Notes under the pieces: generated by a model
The model's database searches: none
The model's input: the letters and a program-made list of their open reading frames with translations, nothing else
What the model was told of the DNA's origin: nothing
Assembly: GCF_036321535.1 (NCBI RefSeq)
Contig: NC_087437.1
Span: 19,904,001 to 19,968,000 of the forward strand
DNA from: Camelus dromedarius
Taxonomy: Eukaryota
Direction of reading: 5' to 3'
Length of the DNA stretch: 64,000 bases
In this document: positions 26,673 through 37,197 of the stretch, piece by piece
Layout: each line of letters begins with the position of its first letter
Numbering within the stretch: position 1 is the first letter of the stretch
Program-made: the position numbers and the translations under genes

Positions 26673-28860
26673 TCCAGTTGGTTCAATCTTGGCTCTCTGG
26701 TCTCCCTGTGCCCACTCAGAGCACTCAGTCCAAGGCTTGACCTACAGGAGATGGAAGCAAATGTGTGCTACTCCACTGATCTCTGATTAGGGGGAGGAAT
26801 GACCCAGTCGGGTGGGAACCTCACTTCTTCCATAAAAGACCATGACCTTGTATGATTTCCTGAAGCTCCCTGAGCCTCCATGACCTCTATGAGGAAATGG
26901 AGCCCACCTAACCTTCCCACGGGGGCAGTTGTGAAAAGTTAATGCGATCACAACCGTAGAGACCACCACACAGTAGACCCTCAGGAGTGGCAGTTCCTGA
27001 TTAGCTACGTCGTGGTTGTGGTTGCAATTGCAGAAAGAATTGTGAACAATTACATCTAGTTGCCTAAATTCCGAAGTAAGTTACCAGCTGGTTTTAGGGG
27101 GTTAAAGATGTTTAAAATGCAGTGAAGGATGAGATATTGAAGTCATAACAATCTTGGGGAATTACAGATATAACAATTTAGTGCACACTTCAGTCCAATA
27201 ATGTTGTTCAGTAGGTTAGGCATTTTGTGTGGAAAAAAGTTGGCTCTAGCAACTGAATGGGAGCATTAAACCATCACAGTCGTTTTTCCCTCTTCTATTC
27301 TAAAAGATTTTGGCTCCCAGTCTTTTTCACAGACTTAATCTGATTTTCCCAGCCCACCAATAGATTCCTTGCATGACTTGGGCACTGTCTATCTGGGGCA
27401 CACTGGGTCCCAGCTGGGTCCTGACCACGGGCTCTGGGTGTTGAGATTCAGAATCAAACCAAGGGCCTTTACTGGGGACACATGCAGTGCTCATCAGCAC
27501 TGAGTCAGCTCTGACTCAGAATCCCATTTTATCTTCCTCCTAGTAACTCTGTGGGGTTGGTATTACTCCATTTTCTAAAGGAGAGTGAGCAGGGGTCTGG
27601 GAAGATTTAAAGACTTGGCCAAGATGCCTTGTTGGTTACACAGTGTCAGAACTATTACATTAAACCTAGTACCCCTTGCACCTAATCTCGGGGTCTGTCT
27701 TAAGGCAAGCTTTGGGCAGTTGGCTTTATCTGGAAAGCTTGTGTAGAGACAACAGAAAAATCTCACTTCTGTAAGATTACACAATACCCCAGTGCACAGT
27801 TTTTTTGTAGCCTTGCTCCTGGCCCACGTGCCAGTACCCAATGGGATAATGGCATATGGTTCACCCCAGGCTGGGGAAATTGAGTTAATGACTTTGAGAG
27901 AACCCACACTCTAAACAATTGAGTATTTTTGGTTGGAAAATGGCAGATGGAAGGAAATTAAAAAAAAAAAAAAAAGGAATGGTAGATAAATGGATAGATA
28001 GATGGATAGCAGGAAAGGAGGGAGGAGGGAAGGTAAGCCCTGGTCCACCCTCACTGAAAGCAGCCATCATGAAGTTAAGGATTAATGATTCAGCCAGCTT
28101 TTTCCTGAAATGCTTTTTCAACCCAATTAAAACAATATAATGTAACCCTCATCTTCTGTGAATCTTTGCATGTGTGAGTCACACACATGGGATTTGCATT
28201 TAAAACTCTCTAATTGGTACTTCTAGCAAGAGATATATATATTGCCTCTAATTAAGTGATGGCAAATGTCACCCTCTGTTTTGTGAGGCACGCCCTCTTT
28301 CTATTTGGGTGATGTAGGAATATCTGCTCATAGGAATCAAAGCGCTGCTAATTGAAAGTGCCAGCAAGGCACTGAAAGTGCCAGCAAGGCAAAGGTGTGA
28401 TCACCTCATTTATCCATGAGGCACTCTGTCAGGACCTGTGGGCATCATTGTGACTAGGGTGCTCCCTCTCCCGGAAGAGGGGGAAGGAAGGACAAGGAAA
28501 CAGCTAATGGCAACACAGTGGACCTATAGCATGAGAGCCGGCAGTGGAGGGTGATGAGGGGTGCAGAGGAGGACCACTGGAGGAGGTGGGGCTGGGGCTG
28601 CATCTGAAAGGATGAATAGGCAGGAGCCAGGAGAAGGGAGTGTGAGGAGAAGGGTAGATAGCACAATGAGCGCAAAGGCCTGGGTGATGGAGGGGACTGG
28701 GGTCTTTGGGTGGCTTTGTTGGTCTTGTGGTTGGGAGGCAGGCAAGCAAAGGACCAGACTTGCCCTTAGGCAGGCTTACCTCCACATAGACCTGGATCCT
28801 ATCTCACCTGCACTCCCAAACAGGGAATAAAAATACTTTAAAGAATGCTATTACAATTAT

Positions 28861-29420
28861 TGTAGTTAGGAATCATTTTATTGCAAGAACAGACATCCAC
28901 TCAAACTAGTACAAATTTGCAAAAATGGTGGTTGGGGGAAGAACTACTGAAAGGCTTCACTTGGCAGCCCCAGACACCCCATGGCAGGCTGGCAAGGCTG
29001 GGAAGGGTGAGCAGGGTCTGGACTAGAGAACAGGGGTGGGGGCCAGCCTCTGTATCCTCCATAGCTGCTCGGGGTGCTTTTCTTCTCTCTGCATGCTGGC
29101 TTCAAAATCCTCTGTCTCCTGGCAGATTAGCTTTCTCTGGTTTTAATAGCTTCCTACTCCCTCCTCAGCGTTGCCTGATCGTTGCATGAACGCCAGCCCC
29201 AACTGCTTCTGAACTTTCAGCTCAAGTGCCCACCTCCAAATCATTGTAGTTTGTGGGCCTCTTAAATCAAAGCTCAAGGATCCAATCAATTGGCCCAGCC
29301 TGCTCCACGTATGGATTTCCCCCAGGAGTTGGATGTCCACCCTGGTCTCGGTAGCTCTACCAGAGGATTGAGTCAGGAGGGGAAATTGGCCATGACAGGC
29401 AAAAGAACAGTCTGACAGCT
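28861..29420. mobile_element. Probable old MaLR LTR (MLT1J/K/L-like)
   Basis: tgtagttagga...ttgcaagaacagacatccactcaaactag at the start and attggcccagcctg..cacgt near the end; highly diverged. Confidence 0.45.
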
Positions 29421-30822
29421 AGAATGACCTGTTCACTAGGGTGTAGTTAACCTCACTGGAGCATTTTGCAATCAGTATGGTACATTTCTACTCAAGACTC
29501 ACTTTTATCCGGGAAGAAGTATTGGAGTTCTGAGGCTTGAGGAGCTAGCAATGGCCAGAGGGTCAACTGTAGGATGTAAGCAGAAAGATTGAAAGGGTGA
29601 GTCATCAGCCACTTGTCCCTGCTGCTAGGATTGAGTGTTAATGCATTTTTTTCGTAAGTGGAAGCAAAGAGAACCAAGGAGTGCTCACATCTGTGTTCTA
29701 GTTAAAGGCGCATTGGGTGGCAAGACCTAATTTCTCTGTAAATGGAGCAGAAATATCACACACTGGTGTTTCTTCTATATGAGTGCAAAGACACAGGCAT
29801 TTTCCAGATGCTGAAACATCATGGAAAGGAGACAAGATGGAGTCAAGAAGCAGTCCTAAGAGGGCATGATGAGACAGCTCAGCCTCGAGAGGAATTTTAC
29901 AGTAAACATGGACATTATCTTGTGAAGAACTGATAAAAATCAGTTCTTCTAAAGTTACAACCAAATGGAGCAAAGTATGAGCTGATTGGCCTCGGTCTAT
30001 TGGAACAAAAAGACAAAACATTTGACAGGGAAGGGAAGAGATTAAATAAGAAATTACAGCCAAGCCACAAGCATCAACACCTATTGCTTCTTTCTGAAAA
30101 GGTGATGGTTCTCTAGTGTCTTTTGAAGCCAGGGTTTGGAAGCGGCTCCTGGATGATTCTGTACAAGCCAATACTCCCTGGTTGATGTAGAAGATACCCA
30201 TCAGTCCAGCCCCTTGGCTGGCCTTGCACTTCAAACTATGTTCTCTAACCAAACCTAACTATTCCCATTCCCCCCATGGAGTTCCAGATGCTTTGATTGT
30301 GGGACAGTGTTCCTCTGCCTGGGACCCTCCGTATCTTGTATCCCTGTTTAATTCCTACTGCTCATGACTTAGAAACTCCTTTCTCCAGGAAGCAGTCCTG
30401 GATTACCATGGCTGGGTTGGTGCTTCTCATCATTTTCCATAGAACTCCGCTTTTCCTCTTCTTGCCTGCCTCTTACTATACTGGTTCTCATGGATCCCTA
30501 GAATTGGGGATCTAGCCTGAGAATCCCTTGAGGATGAGGACTTGGTCCTTGTCCCATATTTATTGAAGTATAATTTACACACAATACAATTCACTCTTTT
30601 TAAATGTGCAGATTGGTAAATTTTAGCAAAGGCACATGGAGGTGTAACCATCACCACCATCAAGATACAGAACAGTCCCATCATCCCAGAAAGTTCCCTT
30701 GTGCCCTTTTGCAAGCAAACGGCATCTTAGCCCCAGACCCTAGCAATTCCTGACCGGTTATCCATCCTTCAACTTTGACAGTTTCTTGAATGTCATATGA
30801 ATGGCATCAAACAGCATCTAGT

Positions 30823-30931
30823 TTTTGGGGTTTTTTTAATCTATTTATTTAAATAGAGATCCCGGGGATTGAACCCTGGACCTCATGCATGCTAAGCATG
30901 TGCTCTACCACTTGAGCTATCCCCCGACCCC
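30823..30931 (-). mobile_element. tRNA-Ala-derived SINE (Vic-1-like), nested in an old L1
   Basis: ggggattgaaccctggacctcatgcatgctaagcatgtgctctaccacttgagctat is the reverse complement of the same SINE body. Degenerate TSD caaacagcatctagt (30808-30822) and caaagagcatatagt (30938-30952). Confidence 0.85.
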
Positions 30932-31539
30932 AAATAGCAAAGAGCATATAGTCCTTTGTGTCTGACTTCTTTCACTTCACCAGTGAAATACTTTGGAGCT
31001 GCATCCATTCTGTTGTACGGATCAGTTGTTGATTTCTTTTCATTGCTGAGTAGGTGTCCATTATATGGATATACTGCAATTTGTTTATCTATTCACTGGT
31101 CAATGGCCATTCCACTTTGGCACTATTCTGAATAAAGATTCTATGAACATTTACCTACAAGTATTTTTGTGTAATTTATGTTTTCATTTCTCTTGGGTAA
31201 AACCTAGGAATGGAATTGCTGAGTCATTTTAAAAGAAATTACTGTTTCTGAAGTGACTGTATCATTTTACATTCTTACCCGCAATAGATGAGACTTTCAG
31301 TTGCTTCACATCTTCATTAGAACTTGGTATTGTCAGTCTTATTTTGTCCATTCTAGCGGTGATTTGGTAATATCCCACAGTGGTTTTAATTTATACGTCT
31401 CCCACAACGATTAATGTTGAACACTTTTTCTTGTCCTTATTTATTCTCATATATTCATTTTAGTGAAGGGTGTGTTCAAATTTTTCCTTTTTTTTTTAAC
31501 AAATTGTCTTTTTGTGTTGCAAGAGTTCTTTATATATAT

Positions 31540-32240
31540 TTTTAGTATTTATTTATTTTATTTTTTATTTTAAAATTTTTTATAGAGATAGTCAGTTTAC
31601 AATGTGTCAATTTCTGGTGTATAGCACAATTTTTCAGTCATACATGAATATACATATATTCATTTTCATATTCTTTTTCACCATGAGTTACTATAAGATC
31701 TTGAATATATTTTCCTGTGCTATACAGTATAAACCTGTTTACCTATTCTATTTATACCTGTCAGCATGTACAAATCTCAAACTCACAGTATGTCCCTTCC
31801 CAACCCCCTACCCCCTGGTAACTACAAGTTTGTATTCTATGTCTGTGAGTCTGTTTCTCTTCTATACTTAAGTTCATTTGTCTTTTTTTTTTTAAGGTTT
31901 CACATATTGAGTGATATCATATGGTATTTTTCTTTCTCTTTCTGACTTACTTCACATAGAATGACATTTTCCAGGGACATCCCTTTTGCTACAAATGGCA
32001 TTATGTTGTCATTTTTATGGCTGAATAGTATTCCATTGTATAAATATATCACAACTTCTTTATCCAGTCATCTGTTGATGGACATTTAGGTTGTTTCCAT
32101 GTCTTGGCTATTGTAAATAGTGCTGCTATGAATATTGGGGGTGCAGGTGTCTTTTTGAATTAGGGTTCCTTCTGATTATATGCCCAGGAGTGGGATTGCT
32201 GGGTCATATGATAATTCTATTTTTAGTCTTTTGAGGAACA
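31540..32240 (-). mobile_element. Younger lineage-specific L1 3' end (~700 bp) nested in the old L1
   Basis: T-rich tail, then the reverse complement of the same 3'UTR seen at 11.4 and 42.7 kb, continuing into ORF2-end sequence (ccatgtcttggctattgtaaatagtgctgctatgaa). Confidence 0.85.
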
Positions 32241-34589
32241 ATTCCTCTATATGTTTTTGAAAACTTTCTCCCAGTCTGTGGCTTTTAAAAAATATTTTCT
32301 TAGGAATGTTTTCTGAGAATAGAAATTTATAATTTTTGTAAAGTTTGATGAATCAACTTTATCTTTTATGGTTCATGCTCTTTTGGTCTTTTCTAATAAA
32401 TCCTTGCCTAACTACTCAGGGTTTTTTTTCCCTATGCTTTCTTTTAAAGGGTTTATAATCTTAACTCCTACATTTAGGACTATGATCTATTTAGAGACCT
32501 TTTTTTGTGTATGATGTGCAGTAAGATTGAAGTTTTTCTTTTTAAATATGTATATCCAATTTTTCCAGCAGCATTAAATGAAAGGACTATTTTCCCCCCA
32601 TTGAATTATCTTGGAACCTTTGTCAGAAATGAATTGACCATTTCTTTGTGTGTCTATTTCTACACTCTCATTCTTTCTATTGATCTATATGTCTATCTTT
32701 ATGTTAATATTATACTATCCTGATTAGTGTAGCTTTACAACAAGTCTTACCATCAGGTAGTATAAGTCCTCAAACTTTGCTCTTCTTTTTCAGAATTGTC
32801 TTAGCTATATCAGGTCTTTTTCATTTTCATACAAATTTTAGAATTAGCTTATCCATTTAAACAGTTTTGCTATTATTTTGACTTGGGTTGCATTAATGCT
32901 ATAGATTGATTAAAGGAAAATTCGTATTTTAACCATATAGAACCTACCAAATCATGAAAAGTGTCTATCTCTCCACTAAGACCTCTCCAGGTCTTCATTA
33001 AATTCTCTCAGCAATATCTTAAGAGTTTTCAGTGTACAGATCTTGCATGTATTTTGTGAAAGTCATTCCTAAATGTTTCATGCTTTTTCAAGATATATTA
33101 ATATCTTAAAATTTAAATTTCCAATTATTTATTTCTAGAACATAGAAATACAATTGATTCTTATATATTGACTTTCTACACATAGATAATAAATAAAATT
33201 ATTTATTAGTTCTAGTAGTACTTTTGTAGATTTCATAGAATTTGCTTATTGATGATCATGTTCTCTGCAAATAAAGACAATTTTACTTTTTCATTTCCAA
33301 TCTGAGTAGGAAAAAATTCACTCTTTAGTCACTAAGTATGATGTTAGCTATAGATTTTTTATAAAAGTTCTTTGTCTGATTGGGGAAGTTTCCTTCTACT
33401 CCTCATTCACTGATAGTTTTAATTGTGAATGGATGTTGAATTTTGTCAAATGCTTTTTTCAGGGACATTTTAACCCCCTTTTAATGCCAATGCTCAGACT
33501 ATGTTTTTAGGTACTCCATAAATACTTGTTGAATGAGTGAAGCTGGGCTGCATCCCCTGAGAGTGTAAGGCCACACTTCAACCACTCAGAAGCATGATGA
33601 GCTAGGGGGACTTAAGGGTACTTGAATGCCTTGTCACATCAGGGGTAGTAGATTTGCCTAAATGATCACACAGTTTTCACAATATTCCTATGAAGTAAGT
33701 ATCTCCACTTTACAAATAAAGAATGAGTAATAGATGGAATGATTAAAAAGCTATAATATTGTTGGGATGTGAGGAAGAAGTCCTATGTTTCATTACTCAA
33801 CGGAAATCAAAAGACAATCATTAAGTTCAGAAAACAAATAATATACAAAGAAGGCTAGTTCCATATATGATGCAAGTAAAAATGGAGTATGATTCAGCTT
33901 TTAGATGGTATGAAAGAATCAAGAATCCAATTGGTTTGAATACAAGGAATGGTGTTCTTGAAATGACTGTTGGACCACTAAGAAGGAAAAGTAATCCTTG
34001 ACACAATACTTGGCTCAGCCATGAATGGTATCCTCATGGTCAAAATTATGTCAGTGTAAGTCATTAGTTTGCAACCCTGAGGATCTGATCTATACTCAAA
34101 GCAAAGATTTAGTTTTTAAGTTAATTACTCATCAAAATGCAAATGTTTATCAACCTTGACAAAACAAAACTTGAGATAGATCTAAAGAAAGTTAAAAAGT
34201 GGGAGAGAAATGAAGAAATTTTAGGGATATGAACCATCTTATTTTCCAAAAAGGGTGCATCTAAACCCCTCTGAGACTCAGTTCCTCACCTGCACAATGA
34301 GATACAAAGTCTAATCTGGTGGGTTTGTTGGGAGGATTAATTAATGTATTTCAAATGCCTAATATGCAATAAGTACTCAACTAACTGTAGTAGTAATAGA
34401 GAGGAGAAAAGGGAGGCAGGCCTGTGGGTAGAAGGAAATAAACCCATCCCCACTAATGAGGGAGAAATCTTGACTTCTCAACTTTAGGGGCAACAAAGCA
34501 CTTCTCCTTCAGACACTGTTACTGCCCAGAGAGCAGGGGGTGAGTCTGGGTAATGAAATGTCAGAGGCTATGTGCTCTGACCAGGACAT

Positions 34590-34745
34590 CTGAATGACAC
34601 GACAACCCCATGGCAACCCCTTCTTCCCCATTTTACAGGTGGCAGAGTTGAGATACTGAGGCCAGCTGACTCGTATAGGACCAGCCCTGAAGTGGCCAAG
34701 ACACTGAAGTCCAGCGCTGTGACTCTAGATTCCGTTGTCTGCCAC
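34590..34745 (-). mobile_element. MIR SINE
   Basis: acaaccccatg...ccccattttacaggtg...actgaggcc...gtccagcgctgtgactctaga. Confidence 0.55.
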
Positions 34746-35983
34746 TGAGCCAAGTGGCACATGAATCTGAAACACTAGATGAGTTCCTGGCATATCCTCT
34801 GTACACATTTCTAATTGAATAGGCCCCTAGGTTTAATTAAAGGGAAAAAAAAGATTAATTGTTTCTCCCAACAGTTGCAAATTATTTACATTGCATTTGT
34901 GTTGATGGCTAATAAAAGAGCACAGGAGTGTGGGGACAGCCCAGAGTGGCTGTAATTCTTCCACAGTCCATAATGAAGCACTGGTTTGAATGCCAACAAG
35001 TGAGCATGGATGCGCCTGCAGCCCGTTAATACCTGCTCTAGGCAGAGCAGCTCTCTGCCCTGGGTGTGATTCAATCACCAGAATAGGTCTCAGAAGCCAA
35101 GACCTGAGAACAGCAATGCATATGTCCCTGCCCCACTAAACTGCCTCTCAGTTAGTTCGTGGTTGCTGTGGAATGGGAGACAGAGAGCAAAATGGCAGCC
35201 CAGGTGGAGCCCACCACCAATCCTGGAACAGCTCTTCACTGACATTTTGAAGCGTGATGGAGTGGGAAGGGGAAAGCTGCAACTGAGCTGTTCTTAAATC
35301 TGTGTATAAACTCTTGTTTTGCCATGGCTATTGAAAAAATATGTCACATGCATTGTGTATATAAAATATATTATAATGTGAGTTATGTAGTATAATGTAC
35401 ATAACATGTATTATGTGTGTGTGCACTTTTTGAATATCACAGTGTATGAAAAAGGTTTTGGTTTTCACAATGATTAGTTGTTAACCTTGTGGCCATCTTG
35501 GGGAAGTCACACCTTGTGAAAGTAGTTTCTTTTATCATTTTCATAATGATCACACTTACTTTGCAAGTTGCAGTGGGGAGCATCACGTATGTGACAACAT
35601 CTCTGAAACTGTGAAGCCAAGTGTGAGGATTGGCACTGGGACACCTCTGATTGCTCTAGGGCTCCCTCTTATCTGTTGTTTGGTTGCTAACTACTCTGCA
35701 CCCAGACTTCTGTGAGGATATGTGGGGGAATAAAAAGGCAAACCAAGGAGCTCACAGTGGAAGAATTAGATTAATATTTTAGAAAAATCACTCTTAATGC
35801 CAGTGTTGAGGATGGACTGGAGTGGGGACAAGACTTCTTACTGGAAGACCAATCCGGAGGCCATGTAGCTATTTACATAGGTGGAATTGACAGGAATAGG
35901 GTATTCACCAGATCAGATCGTCACATGGGACTCTTACACCAATCCTGGCACAAGTCTTGGTACTGACTGACTTTACATTATCT

Positions 35984-36367
35984 TGTATTCATTTGCTTCT
36001 AACAAAGTACCACAAACTGGGTGGCTTAGAACAACAGAAACTTACTGTCTCACAGTTCTGGAAGCCAAAAGTCTGAGGTCGAATTGTCAGCAGGACCATG
36101 CTTGCTCTGAAGGTCTGTCTTATAGCTCTTGGTGGTTCCTTGGCTTGTGGCAGCACAACCTTCTCCTTGTGTGTATGTCTGTCTCTGTGTCCAAATTTCC
36201 CCTTTTTATGAGGACACCAGTCATTTTGGATTAGGGCCAACCCTAATGACCTCATTTTAACTTGATTACTTCTATAAAGACCCTATCTTCAGATAAGGTC
36301 ACATTCCAAGATTCAGGAGGTTAGGACTCCAAATCTTTTTTTCGGGGACACGCTTAAACTAGTAACA
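35984..36367 (-). mobile_element. MaLR solo LTR (MLT1A/B/C-like)
   Basis: taacaaagtaccacaaactgggtggcttagaacaacagaaa...aggacaccagtcatt.tggattagggcc.accctaatgacctcattttaacttgatta. TG...CA termini with near-identical 5-bp flanks tatct/tatat. Confidence 0.85.
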
Positions 36368-36794
36368 TATATTTGATATGCATTTTAAGTGTATTAATTG
36401 TACATTATATAGTATATTGTTCAGCTGGTCAAATTATTGAAGAGCAACTTAAAATACTAGATAATCTAGACCATTTAGACAGACACAACCTTAAATGATC
36501 AGAAAATATTCAAACATTTGTTGTACGCTTCCACATATATTGGTCCTTACATGTGTATCTGTATATAAAATGCGGTAACAGCTCCTAATGATGGATCAGA
36601 TTAGGCTGAGGTCAGAAATCCCAGCACACAGCGGCAGTCTGCTAGTTTGTTGATTGATAAGAGGCTTTAACTCTGAAACATCTATTAATAGATGGTAGCA
36701 GTTGAGAATTAAAGCTTTTGATTGATGTCTTAAAAATATCTCTTGATATTGGGCATCAAGAAATAGAAATAATGGGATTTTGGTAAGGTGAGAG

Positions 36795-37000
36795 AGCCAC
36801 GGTCTTAGAACTAAAAGTGTAACTGAGTCCTAGCGCCGCCCTTACTTTCTGTGCGCCTTGAGTGAATTGTTGAACCTCTCTGAGCACATCTCTGAAGCCA
36901 CCCTGGGTGTGAAATAGGATGAACGTACTCTATATCCCTCATGTGAGGTTGGATGAGAGCCTATGGGTGTGCAAATGTACAATATTAATAATATCGTTAT
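36795..37000 (+). mobile_element. MIR SINE just upstream of the exon acceptor
   Basis: tgagtcctagcgccgcccttact..ctgtgcgccttgagtgaattgttgaacctctctgagc...tgtgaaatagga...tgtgagg. Confidence 0.55.
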
Positions 37001-37037
37001 GGATTAGTTATTCAAATGATGATCTTCAAAGTCAATC

Positions 37038-37074
37038 TTTCTGTTTTTTTTTTTTTTTTCCCATTGTTTTCTAG
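37038..37074 (+). promoter_or_regulatory. Polypyrimidine tract and 3' splice acceptor of the exon
   Basis: tttctg(T)16cccattgttttctAG directly precedes the coding frame. Confidence 0.9.
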
Positions 37075-37197
37075 TGAACAAGCACAAACCATGGATTGAG
37101 ACTTCGTATCATGGAGTCATCACGGAGAACAATGACACGGTCATTTTGGACCCACCGTTGGTCGCCCTGGATAAAGATGCACCGGTTCCTTTTGCAG
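37075..37197 (+). CDS. CLSTN2: Calsyntenin-2 coding exon (exon 2; N-terminal part of first cadherin repeat), partial CDS
   Basis: Translation (V)NKHKPWIETSYHGVITENNDTVILDPPLVALDKDAPVPFA(G) matches calsyntenin-2 as I recall it (CLSTN1 has WLEPTYHGIV..PLRFA; CLSTN3 has WIEAEYQGIV..PLRYA). Upstream: T16 tract and TAG acceptor (AG 37073-37074). Downstream: GTAAGG donor at 37198. Length 123 bp, phase 1 at both ends, locally CpG-enriched. Confidence 0.95.

Larger units (their letters stand above)
30555..33460 (-). mobile_element. Old L1 (L1MB/L1MC-like), 3'UTR and ORF2 remnant, with nested SINE and younger L1
   Basis: T-rich antisense L1 sequence from tttattgaagtataatttacacacaat to ggatgttgaattttgtcaaatgctttt. 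Confidence 0.82.
1..37074 (+). other. CLSTN2: Intron upstream of the exon (CLSTN2 intron 1, 3' part)
   Basis: No other calsyntenin-like coding segment or CpG-island promoter is visible upstream. The region is repeat-rich and ends in a canonical acceptor. Confidence 0.8.

Noticed and set aside
29698..30252. Longest ORF in the window (184 aa, minus strand)
   Set aside because: Non-ATG start, no recognisable domain and no exon signals; the length is plausible by chance in 64 kb across six frames.
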